Source of the DNA: Fistulifera solaris | Lineage: Eukaryota | Assembly (NCBI GenBank): GCA_030295235.1 | Contig: AP026147.1 | Coordinates: forward strand, 682,001 to 746,000 | Length of the DNA: 64,000 bases | Direction: 5' to 3' | Part shown: piece by piece, positions 52,662 through 64,000 of the stretch | Numbering within the stretch: position 1 is the stretch's first letter | Layout of the letters: every line of letters starts with the position of its first letter | Notes under the pieces: model-generated | Told to the model about the DNA's origin: nothing | Database searches by the model: none | Seen by the model: only the letters and a program-made list of their open reading frames with translations | Made by a program: the position numbers and the translations under genes

Positions 52662-53831
52662 ATGTCAGCAACGGCCACATTGCGGTCCTTCTTCAAGCAA
52701 ACGAGAACTTGGGCGTATTTTCTGTGGCAAATTGTGCAAGATTTCTGGGAAAATCTTTCGGGGCCGCTTATTACGTTTCCCAATCATCATTGCACGGTGC
52801 GTCGAGGGCGAGAATTAGCACAAGGAGGATTTTCTATTGTTTGGGAAGCACATGCGGTGCAGCGCAACAACTCGAATGCTCTCAATACGAACCGTACTTA
52901 CGCTCTCAAACAGTGCAATGTCACGGATCGAGAGTATCTGCGAGCGTGTCAAGCTGAAGCGGCAGTCCACGAAGCATTGCATCATCCCAATTGTATGCCG
53001 TTGCTGGGGATGACGATTGTTTCGTCTCATTCGAATCAAAAAACGTGTTTCATGCTCTTTCCGTTCTTTACCAAATCGCTGCGCGATCATGTTAATGAAT
53101 CACTATTCAGTCATTCGAACAGCGCTATCAATCAGTGGACGGAAGAAATTTTGCTTCAAGTGTTCCACGGTATTTTACAAGGAGTGCAAGCCATGCACCA
53201 AGCACAATACACGCATCGCGATTTGAAATTGGAAAATGTTTTGCTGGATATCTCCCAAAAAAGCAACAGGATTACACCTATACTTATGGATTTCGGTTCT
53301 GCGGGGCCCTTGTATGCACCCGCATCGACGCGTTCGGACTTATTGCACATTACCGATCAAGCGGCGCAACATACGACCATCACCTACCGTCCTCCCGAAC
53401 TATTGGAGGGCACCTTGTGGCCCTGTGAGGCTCATACACGCACACTCGATTATCAAAAAGTCGATGTATGGAGTTGTGCATGTATCTTGTTTGCCATGAT
53501 GTACGGAGCTTCGCCAGTGGAGTGGCAAAATGGGAAAGTGGTGGAATGTACGCCACTCTCGATCTTGAATGCGCGCATTACGGTCACAAATCACCACAGT
53601 CCATACTCAACGGAGCTGCATCAGTTGATCGCGTCGACGTTGGTTCAAGAACCTGACCAGCGACCAGATTTGACGAAACTGATTCAGCAAATCGAGTCGT
53701 TGCTTGTGCAAAAGCAAGGAACCGTTCCCCGTACCAATCCGTCGGATTGTTGGTGGTATTCATTGAACGAGCATGTGTACGATACAGCGGAGGACAAAGA
53801 TGATGTATCATTATTGCGCTCTCGTGTCTAG
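52662..53831 (+). CDS. Ser/Thr protein kinase, NAK family (STK16-like)
   Basis: LAQGGFSIV, YALK, HRDLKLENVL, LMDFGSA, AAQHTTITYRPPEL and DVWS. Confidence 0.88.
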   Translation: MSATATLRSFFKQTRTWAYFLWQIVQDFWENLSGPLITFPNHHCTVRRGRELAQGGFSIVWEAHAVQRNNSNALNTNRTYALKQCNVTDREYLRACQAEAAVHEALHHPNCMPLLGMTIVSSHSNQKTCFMLFPFFTKSLRDHVNESLFSHSNSAINQWTEEILLQVFHGILQGVQAMHQAQYTHRDLKLENVLLDISQKSNRITPILMDFGSAGPLYAPASTRSDLLHITDQAAQHTTITYRPPELLEGTLWPCEAHTRTLDYQKVDVWSCACILFAMMYGASPVEWQNGKVVECTPLSILNARITVTNHHSPYSTELHQLIASTLVQEPDQRPDLTKLIQQIESLLVQKQGTVPRTNPSDCWWYSLNEHVYDTAEDKDDVSLLRSRV

Positions 53832-54033
53832 CGGACGGCTTTATTTTGGATGGGACGACATGCATTTGGGCCTGGCACATTCGAACAAAACAAATCGCAA
53901 TTTGTTTACTACGCCCAACAGCATGGTTACAAGCTTATCTATTAAGTGCGCGCGCTTTGTATACCTGGTAGCCTTCTTGCAAGCACGCACAATATTTGTA
54001 AACGAAGAACTCTTCTGGGCCTCTCTGCAACTT

Positions 54034-54655
54034 ATAAGCAAGCACTTTGATAAACTCGATACAACTGCACGTGCTCCATGGGACCTACAAAGACATCTCC
54101 TGTCCGCTTGTTAGAGATATTTTTCTTGCCGACAAAAAGAACGTGCTCTTTCTTTCAATGTTTCTATATTGACGCTTTCCCAGTCCACCGACTGATGCGG
54201 CAAAAGATTGCTCCTCCGGAATAGACGGTCGCCGGTAGACCTTGGCCCGAAGCTAGTGCCCGAACGGAATCCATAGTTTGGCGTACTAATTTGCGTGTCA
54301 GTTTGGGGCCGTCTTCTGCATGCAGCAACCATGCTTGCATGTCTTGAAGCCATTCTTCGGAATCTGATTTCGGTGATTTTAGAGAAGAAAGAGTTGATTT
54401 GTGTTTATTTGAAATTTTCGAATGGCGCTTGGAAGTTGACGGGGAAGAAGGACTCTTTCGCTGTTTAGTTCTAAATTGCTTGGTCGGTGTAACGACCGTA
54501 GATTGTTTCTTAATATCATCAGTTATTGTGACTTCTTGAAGACGATGTTTGGCTGGAGAAGATGGCGCAGTCATCTCTCTCTTTCTGTTATCGTTTGCTT
54601 TTACACTTCCGTGATCAGATCGGAGCAATAGTAACCAAGAGAATATATCTGACAT
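54034..54655 (-). CDS. Hypothetical protein (frameshifted, 3' end uncertain)
   Basis: 163-aa ORF that probably continues in another frame after the homopolymer near 54205; no recognised motif. Confidence 0.4.
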
Positions 54656-55311
54656 TATAACTAGTATCTTGTAAGAGCGCGATAAATGCTTGTTGACGCC
54701 TGATGGCCGATGTTGTTGTGCTTCAAAATAAACATATTATAGTCATCGTTCATCGTCGTTTCGTCGCGACCGCAGTTTACCGCTACGACAGTCGTCCCAT
54801 TGGATAATGAAACAATAAACAGACGCTTTCAATAACTCATTCCTAGAGCAGCTAAGCCATCGCAATAACTGCTAGTTCTATCCCGATTTATCCCGCAGCA
54901 TGAAGAAGTGTGACGGTTTGGTGACGGTTGCCAAGCGCGAATCTAAATTGTATTGGCAAATAGTTGACGCAACCGAAGGCAAGTCAAACGAAGTAGCTTC
55001 TTTGTGCAACTTGTACAAAGAAACCTATAGACAAAAACTCTAGCAATAATATAGCAGAAAGATGAGGACCTTTTGAGGTTTCAGCCGCTCAAAGCAACCT
55101 CCCATTGTGTCGCGCTCTAGCATTTCGGCGCGTCCTGTCCTCTTTGTGTGTATACACACTCCGTTTGAAACTTTGATTTTCAATTGACTATGTAGATTGT
55201 TGCGAGAGAATGCTTCCGTCGTTGTTTTCATTTTGTTTCCACTTAAGGCTGCTTATACAACCCATGGTCATTCATATTTCACACGACATGAGAATCTCCA
55301 CAACATTTGTT

Positions 55312-57144
<1,833 letters not shown>

Positions 57145-57709
57145 GTTTCCTTGAAGCTAAATAAGATGAATCAACCTTGTATTCTTGATTGGCTGGAAAA
57201 TGCCAATGCTTATTGTGAGAGAGGGTTGGTTCTTTCTCCTTTTTCTTTTTTACGCTTTCTCGTTTCTTTTTGTCGCGGGCGAAATATTGATTGGTGGTGT
57301 GTTTCGTTGCGATGACGAGCGAAGGACAGACGAAATGGTGGATGATGGATGCGTGACTGGATGGGTCTCTGGAAGTCATGAATGGATGAAGATCATGACC
57401 GTACACAACAACGTCAGATAAAACCACGTCACAAGCACTTGTGGCTTGGTCGTAGGAGAGAACAAAAGGGAAAAGGGGCCGAGTTAACATACTATACAAG
57501 GTACAGTACGTGCTGACTTTCTATAGAACAAAACGTAGTCTTCTTTGTTTTGACACACAAAAGTCCGCGAAACAACGAAACTTCGAAAGTGCTCCGCGCC
57601 GCGCGCAAAGCAACATTTTGTTTTTTGTTCTTCGTTTCATTTCCTTCTCTCTGATCTCTGATTGCAAGCTGCATCCTAAATAGACAATTACCAGGCAATC
57701 TCCTGAAGA

Positions 57710-59095
57710 ATGAAAGGTCTCTTGAATGCATTAGAACGAAAAAATAGCCGTCCTAGCAAAACTTGGAGCGCGAAAGATGCTTCTGTTTCGCGATCTGGGG
57801 CTTCCGTGACGATTGCGTCGAGCATATCATCGGGATCTGCTTCGGCTTTCGCACCCTCTTCCTCCTCTTCCACAAGTGATCATGATTATCAAATAAAATC
57901 GAAAGAACGCGCACGAACAATCGTCGAAATCACGCAAAAAACGTTGGTTGGGTTGCTTGAAAACGAAAACGAATTCGAACATGAGTACACCTTTTCATCG
58001 ATTAAAAAGAATCACAAGAACCTTCAATACACGAGTCGCGACGACTTAATTATAGGTGAAACGCTAGCGATGGGAGGCTTTGGATGTATCATACAAGTTC
58101 ATGCAACCACCTTGTCCTCATCGAATAAATACGTCATGAAAACATTGATTCCAATGTCACGCGCGGCATCAGATGCGAAACTCATCAGTGCGGCGCATCA
58201 ATTGGCCAAAGAACGCTACTTTTTATCGCACCTGAGTCATCCCAACATTATCTCGATGTATGCCATGTCAAAGGGTGGTTTGTCAGTTATTCAAGAAACA
58301 CGACGTCTCGATTCGTATTTCATTATCGAAGAATACATGCCCATGCTACTCACGGATCAAATTCAAATATGGCACCAAAAGCAGAGTCAGCATCGACAAT
58401 CTCGCTGGTCTTTCAAGAAAAAGATAAATCCCCAGATATTTCTCGAACAAGTTACATGCGCTGTACAGATTGCTTCCGCACTGAACTATTTGCATCATCA
58501 GCGAGTCATCTTTCGTGATGTCAAAAGTGCCAACGTCGGAATATCGGCACAACGTCAAGCGAAGCTATTCGATTTCGGTTTAGCAGTGCAGCTTCCCAAG
58601 GACGCTGATCTGGATGCTTTACAGCCTTCGCTCGGGGGTAGTCGCGTAGGCACATTACGAATGATGGCGACGGAAGTCTTGCGGAAGCAACCCTACAATG
58701 TGAAAGCCGATGTGTTTTCCTTTGCGCTGCTGTTGTGGGAAATGATCGTTTTAGATCAAAGACCCCCCGAAGGTGGTTGTGGTGTCTACGGAAGTCGACC
58801 ACCGTTACCATCGCACTGGCCCTTTACTTTGAAACGTATCTTGGAAAGAGCATGGGCGGATGATTTTCAAAATGAACGTCCGCACATGTCCGAGGTTTTA
58901 CTCTTTTGCGAGATCTGCAACGGCAACTGCTGTCGGAACAGACTGCGCGTTAACAGATATCACGCAAGTAGAGTTTACATTTTGTTGTGTCCTTCAACTT
59001 TGTTAGTCAAGAATAGTACTTTTTTAAAAATTGGCTCAAATATATTGAAAACGCTCTTTACGACTCGTCCATGCCCTTTCAGCTTATTAAATTAG
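57710..59095 (+). CDS. Protein kinase (TKL-like)
   Basis: LAMGGFG, YVMK, IFRDVKSANVG, KLFDFGLA, GTLRMMATE and DVFSF. The true C-terminus is probably shifted near 58905. Confidence 0.85.
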   Translation: MKGLLNALERKNSRPSKTWSAKDASVSRSGASVTIASSISSGSASAFAPSSSSSTSDHDYQIKSKERARTIVEITQKTLVGLLENENEFEHEYTFSSIKKNHKNLQYTSRDDLIIGETLAMGGFGCIIQVHATTLSSSNKYVMKTLIPMSRAASDAKLISAAHQLAKERYFLSHLSHPNIISMYAMSKGGLSVIQETRRLDSYFIIEEYMPMLLTDQIQIWHQKQSQHRQSRWSFKKKINPQIFLEQVTCAVQIASALNYLHHQRVIFRDVKSANVGISAQRQAKLFDFGLAVQLPKDADLDALQPSLGGSRVGTLRMMATEVLRKQPYNVKADVFSFALLLWEMIVLDQRPPEGGCGVYGSRPPLPSHWPFTLKRILERAWADDFQNERPHMSEVLLFCEICNGNCCRNRLRVNRYHASRVYILLCPSTLLVKNSTFLKIGSNILKTLFTTRPCPFSLLN

Positions 59096-59236
59096 ATGCC
59101 GAACCTTTTCTCGCGTGCGTACAATTAGCCACTTTGTTTTGAGAAGGAACTCACACATCATCATTATTTGCTCGAGAATAATTACGTGGTAAACAATAGG
59201 CGCGCCTTCCTCAATAATTGCGTTCATGCGACGAAG

Positions 59237-60144
59237 CTACAGCGTGTTAATGTATTCTTTCTTCCACAGATCGTATAGTTGCTGATCTGTGGTATCTGCT
59301 TTGCGCATATAGACGCATAGCTTCGACCCCGATTCTTCTACCAGGTTGAGAAATGAGTCCGCCTTTCTATATTGATAGAGTTTCTTTTGTTCTGTACAGT
59401 CATGAAAGAGGACTTTTGTCTTGGTGGGGTCTCCTCCTCGCGCACTCGCATGCAAAAAGGCTATTAACATACACGCCAATCGGTATCTTCCGTCTACCAT
59501 GTACACATCGAACGGTAACTCCTCCGACAACATGGGGGCTACTTGATAATCGAGCGATGCTTTCGCCAGCTCCTTTTCTGGATATCCCCAAATTCCAGTC
59601 TTTCCAATGTCGGCAAGGTAGAATCGAAAATGAGGCAACGATTTATCTCTGGCGTTGGCGACCCATTCCGCATCGGAATCAATCCCAGCATAGCGACGGA
59701 CTCCAACATGACTGGCGATATACGTTGATTCACCGAGTCCCCATTCAAAAACTGAGTCTGCTTCACTGTATATTCTACCCAATAAAGTTCTATCTTGATC
59801 CGTTAATCCGCCGGTTGTTTTCTGAGTCCACGAAGCAAGGCGAAATGTCGTGCGTGGTTCTGTAGGGGTGTGTTGTAACGTAATATTCAAGGAATCTTGC
59901 GCCGCTCGGTCAAAGAACGTAAGCGAATTTTTGTTGTCTGCTCCTCTTATTTGAGAAGACTTCAAAATAGTCGTACCAGTATCAGTTGGAGGCAAAAGAC
60001 AAGCAACGAAGATCCTTTCAAAAGATGAACCGGTCGAACGGCAAGTAATATCACAAAAACCAAACAACCCAATATCGACTGAATGATAAAGGTTATTCGC
60101 AGATTGCGCGAAGTTCTTCTTGATACAGCTGAAATGGTGGCCAT
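59237..60144 (-). CDS. Type II membrane SAM-dependent methyltransferase-like protein, paralogue A
   Basis: N-terminal TM segment (ORF 59962-60144), then VFEWGLGESTYIA, YAGIDSDAEWV and FDVYMVDGRYRLAC. Confidence 0.7.
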
Positions 60145-60616
60145 GATTAGACAGAGTGCTTTATTGAATATTCGTTTATAGGATTATATTTTGTTATCGT
60201 TGTGTTGCAACATAAAATAATGCTTTTACCTACTGACGCCTTCCCACTCGCGATCGACTCATCCATGCGGGACTGCTATCCACTTGAAGTCAAACTATAA
60301 CACTCTACCTGATACTCCGTAGTTATTCAACAGCTAACGCCATCTCAACGTTACCAAGACTAAGATGATCAAATAAGCACCAACGGCATTTTTTCTATCT
60401 TTCAATTCAATTATTCCATTGCTTATCTCTTGTGATGTTGATTGAAGATGAATGCTTGTACAATGGACTTTAAGACCCTAAATACCTGAGCCGACGTTGC
60501 CACCCCGAAAGTCTCTACTGTTGACACATGCGACCCTATGATCTAGGGTTAGTTGTTGTTTAGTTGATTCTGCTTGTGCTCATTTTCTATCTAAGCTTGC
60601 TTCAGTTATGCCATAA

Positions 60617-61523
60617 TTACTCGACTTCACGATACTCCTCCAACCATAGATCAAGTAATTGTTGATCCGTCGTTGCCCTCTTTCGCTTGTATACACACAG
60701 CCTTCTCCCAGAATGTTCTACCAAGTCTAGTAGATGATCCGCCTTTCGATATTGAGGCCTATCCAGCAATTTTGGCCCTTCCCCTTCCTTGTAACAATCA
60801 TGGAGCAAAACTTTGGTTCGTGAAGGATCGGCACCCCGAGCACTTGCATGTAAAAAGGCTATTAGCATACAAGCGAGTCGATATCTTCCGTCCACCATGT
60901 ACACATCGAACGGTAGATGTTCGGACAACAGTGGAGCTAATTGATAGTCAAGGTATGACTTTGGCAAATTTTCTTCCGGATATCCCCAAAGCCCAGTATT
61001 ACCGATATCTGCGAGATAGAATCGAAAATGAGGTAGCGATTGATTTCTTGCGTTGGCTACCCATACCGCATCCGAATCGATTCCAGCATATCGCGGGACG
61101 CCGACATGACTGGCAATATAAGTCGATTCACCGAGTCCCCACTCAAAAACAGAGTCTGCTTCGTAATATATTTTTGCAAGAACCAGACGATCTTCTTCCG
61201 TGAGCCCTCCTGTTGTTGTTTTATTCCAGCCTTTCCTAAAAAAATCTGGTGCGTTTTCCGGTAGGCATATCTTGCAGTATAATTTGTTGAACTTCTTGAG
61301 CCGCTCGATCAAAGAATTTGTTTGATTTGACGCCCGGAACATTATGAAGACTATTGATCGCAGTTCCTTGACTTTGATTGAATTGTTGCATATCAAAAAG
61401 GGACCCCATGCGTAGGATTTCGAATATCGAAAAGAGTGCAAAGAGAGGAAAGAGAAATTTGGCTCTCGCTGTCGCCCCGCGTTTTGTCGCGTCTCTGTTT
61501 TGTTCTGTTGTCGCCGTGGTCAT
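60617..61523 (-). CDS. Type II membrane SAM-dependent methyltransferase-like protein, paralogue B
   Basis: Same motifs as paralogue A, with a highly similar catalytic part and a divergent N-terminus with a TM segment (ORF 61236-61523). Confidence 0.7.
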
Positions 61524-61854
61524 GATTCTCTCACAAAGTTAATCTTTATGATATTTGTAAGAAGAAAGTCAGCTTAAACGGAAAGAGCTTCAACAAAAGA
61601 TTGACAGAAATTGGACTACGGAAAAGGAAATGCGATGAAGCGGTAAAACGTGCGTCGTGATTTTCTTCGTGACGAGTGACGAGTGACGAGCAGGTCGAAA
61701 ACAATGACAGCTCCAGACACTAAACCTTAACGTTACTGGAGAATATATGTATCTGATCGCGGACTATATAATATCATCATACATAATGTTTCTTTCCAGG
61801 TTATAGGTTATAGACATAGACTAGACTATACCAAGGAGAAAATTATTTTCTCCT

Positions 61855-62275
61855 TGGACTATACTGGTAGTCATTTACATAGACATCATTATTTCACGAT
61901 TGAACCGACCTCTGTACCAGTACATATAATGACGCCTGTATGGCGGAAAGTTTTACTATCAAACGGATATCAACGTACAAAAGACGAAACGTATTATGCC
62001 ATGCAAATCAAACCCCCAAAAATATCAGACTTCTGTGATACGGGATTGTAGAGAATTCTGTTTTCACTGTGCAAAAAGTAATGACCCCTGTTTATCGTAT
62101 TTCTTGATTTAGCCCTTTCTGGCCTATAGTAAAATCACCAAAGTCCTAATTTTCGGCGATGCCCCCACCCCCACACCCCCTTGTCACAGCGAAAGTAAAA
62201 CTTTTCGGACTATAGTCATTTACATAGACATCATTATTTAACGATTGAACATTGAACAGACCTCTGTACATATAG
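61855..62275 (+). repeat. Two copies of a ~60-70 bp direct repeat
   Basis: tagtcatttacatagacatcattattt.acgattgaac...gacctctgtac at about 61868 and about 62213. Confidence 0.75.
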
Positions 62276-62719
62276 TGTTTATCAGAAATCATGTGACGAG
62301 AGACCAAAAATACTGAGTAGGATTCGTGAAGAGTGAGGACTTAGAGAAAGTGTACAGTAGGTACTTACTCGCACTATTGTTAAGTAAAAGGCACACGGGA
62401 GAACTTTGGGCACCAACTTCCAGCTTTCTGTTTCCTGCCGCGCCGAATGCCGAAGGGCGGAGGAAGGCGACAAGGTCATCCATTTCTTCGTTCTGTCGTC
62501 GTCAAACGTCAAATTCCCGGTTAACGCTCCAACTCCAACGTCTGTACAGGGAGGATCGGAGACAAAAGGAATGGACTTCGGCCTTCTGGCAATCAAAGAT
62601 TAATTGAGCAAGCTAGATAAGAGACAACAGATACTCCGTTACAGCTACAATATTTCGACGCCAGGTCACGAGCTCAAACAACTCCACAAGTGTTACCTGG
62701 TACAACATAACCCTTTGTC

Positions 62720-63922
62720 ATGGTTCACCTAACAACAACATCAGCTCACCCCGATCGCGACAAGAATACTATGGCGACCCGATCAACAAAACAGGACAAA
62801 TTTCGATACTTCGGGGCTGCAACAATCCTCGCCTTTTGCATTGGGTGTCTTCTCGACTGGATCGCTTTACTGCAGGTAAAAAACGAGATGGTAACGTATG
62901 CGGACGAACTGGATTATTTGAAACAAGAAACTCTTGTTCTACTAGGAAATGACCAGCGGAAGTCTCCAACTTACAGGATTAGAATTGATGCGATGCATGA
63001 TACAACGGAGAATCGGCACATTGACGTTCAAACTCCCCCGTATTCTCAAGAAGAGTCGTTCGCAGGGTGTATTCTTTTTCTGAATCAAAACCCCCGCCTG
63101 ACTGAATGGATTGCCTACCATTACTTTGCGCTACCTCTGCGAACCTTAATCATCGCCTATGACCCTCGCACTACTGAACGAGCCACGGAACTAATTGAGC
63201 GTTGGAAGAACGTAATCTCAATCGTGGAATGGAATGACGACGACTATTTACCGGCTAATTGGACAGTCGGCTTACAACCTGATCTAAAGAAAAGGACTTC
63301 TTTGGCAACAATAACTCACAGGAAACGCCAACTCACATTCTCTCAAAAGTGTCATGAACGCGCTGTTGAGATGGGCGTGAAGCGCACAATCATTATTGAC
63401 CCCGACGAGTATCTTCGTGTGAATCCGAAGGTGGTTCCTGCTACGTTTGTCAATACCAGTGAACCCGGCCACGTAACAAAGATGTTTCAGCTGCTTGAAG
63501 CACCAAATAACACAATGTTGGTGGAGCAGGAGGGCGTTACGTACAAAGCGAACTGTTCCGTTTATCCTCGCGTGCAATTCACAACTTTGGGTCCCAATAC
63601 ATGGTACCGAATTCCCAAAGATGTGGAATATTCAAAAGCAGACTTGGTCGATCCGTTTTACTTCAATACGCTTCGCTACCGGTATCGGAATGCACGCATC
63701 ATGAAGCACGCGAAAGGGTTGGTGTACACCATGCACGAAACACCACATCAAATCACCAATCTTCATTATCCGCTCGATTTGAAATGCCTTAAATCGGCGT
63801 ACTCGATCGACAAGTCTCCCCTGCTTGTCAATCATTACATTGGCAGTTTTGAAGACTTTCTGCATTCATTTCGTATTGACGCGCGAAATGATGCACTTGA
63901 CTTCTGCCAAACTCCGGTCTAG
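62720..63922 (+). CDS. Glycosyltransferase, GT92/DUF23-like (GT-A fold)
   Basis: TM anchor, LTEWIAYHY, RQLTFSQKC, DxDE motif IIDPDEYL and LVNHYIGS. Confidence 0.72.
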   Translation: MVHLTTTSAHPDRDKNTMATRSTKQDKFRYFGAATILAFCIGCLLDWIALLQVKNEMVTYADELDYLKQETLVLLGNDQRKSPTYRIRIDAMHDTTENRHIDVQTPPYSQEESFAGCILFLNQNPRLTEWIAYHYFALPLRTLIIAYDPRTTERATELIERWKNVISIVEWNDDDYLPANWTVGLQPDLKKRTSLATITHRKRQLTFSQKCHERAVEMGVKRTIIIDPDEYLRVNPKVVPATFVNTSEPGHVTKMFQLLEAPNNTMLVEQEGVTYKANCSVYPRVQFTTLGPNTWYRIPKDVEYSKADLVDPFYFNTLRYRYRNARIMKHAKGLVYTMHETPHQITNLHYPLDLKCLKSAYSIDKSPLLVNHYIGSFEDFLHSFRIDARNDALDFCQTPV

Positions 63923-64000
63923 ATGGGAAGAACGATCTCGTGGTTACGGAGGTACCGAAGCTTTCCATTTTCATTTGCGGAATCCTCTAGTACGAGATGA

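Overview
Eukaryotic nuclear DNA, most likely from a diatom. Evidence: compact genes, short GT-AG introns, bipartite plastid-targeting presequences and a diatom-like gene inventory. About 22 protein genes can be supported: a BT1 folate/biopterin transporter, a head-to-head pair of PAS-like proteins, the RNA polymerase I largest subunit, an SPT small subunit, a NAPE-PLD-like hydrolase, beta-adaptin, a DHHC palmitoyltransferase, a myosin, CysRS, MetAP1, two kinases, a DEAD-box helicase, two tandem methyltransferase-like genes, a GT92-like glycosyltransferase and several hypotheticals. Many genes are broken by single-base indels in homopolymers, most likely long-read assembly errors. The non-coding DNA is the most interesting part: (1) a ~1 kb GC-rich, hairpin-dense element with self-complementary ends, present three times; (2) several tandem-repeat families that all have a ~203-231 bp period; (3) a C/D box snoRNA in RPA1 intron 2 with an 18S guide; (4) a foldback-like element with a structured core; (5) a probable domesticated Sola-like transposase fragment. 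All calls were made by eye; no searches or folding programs were run.
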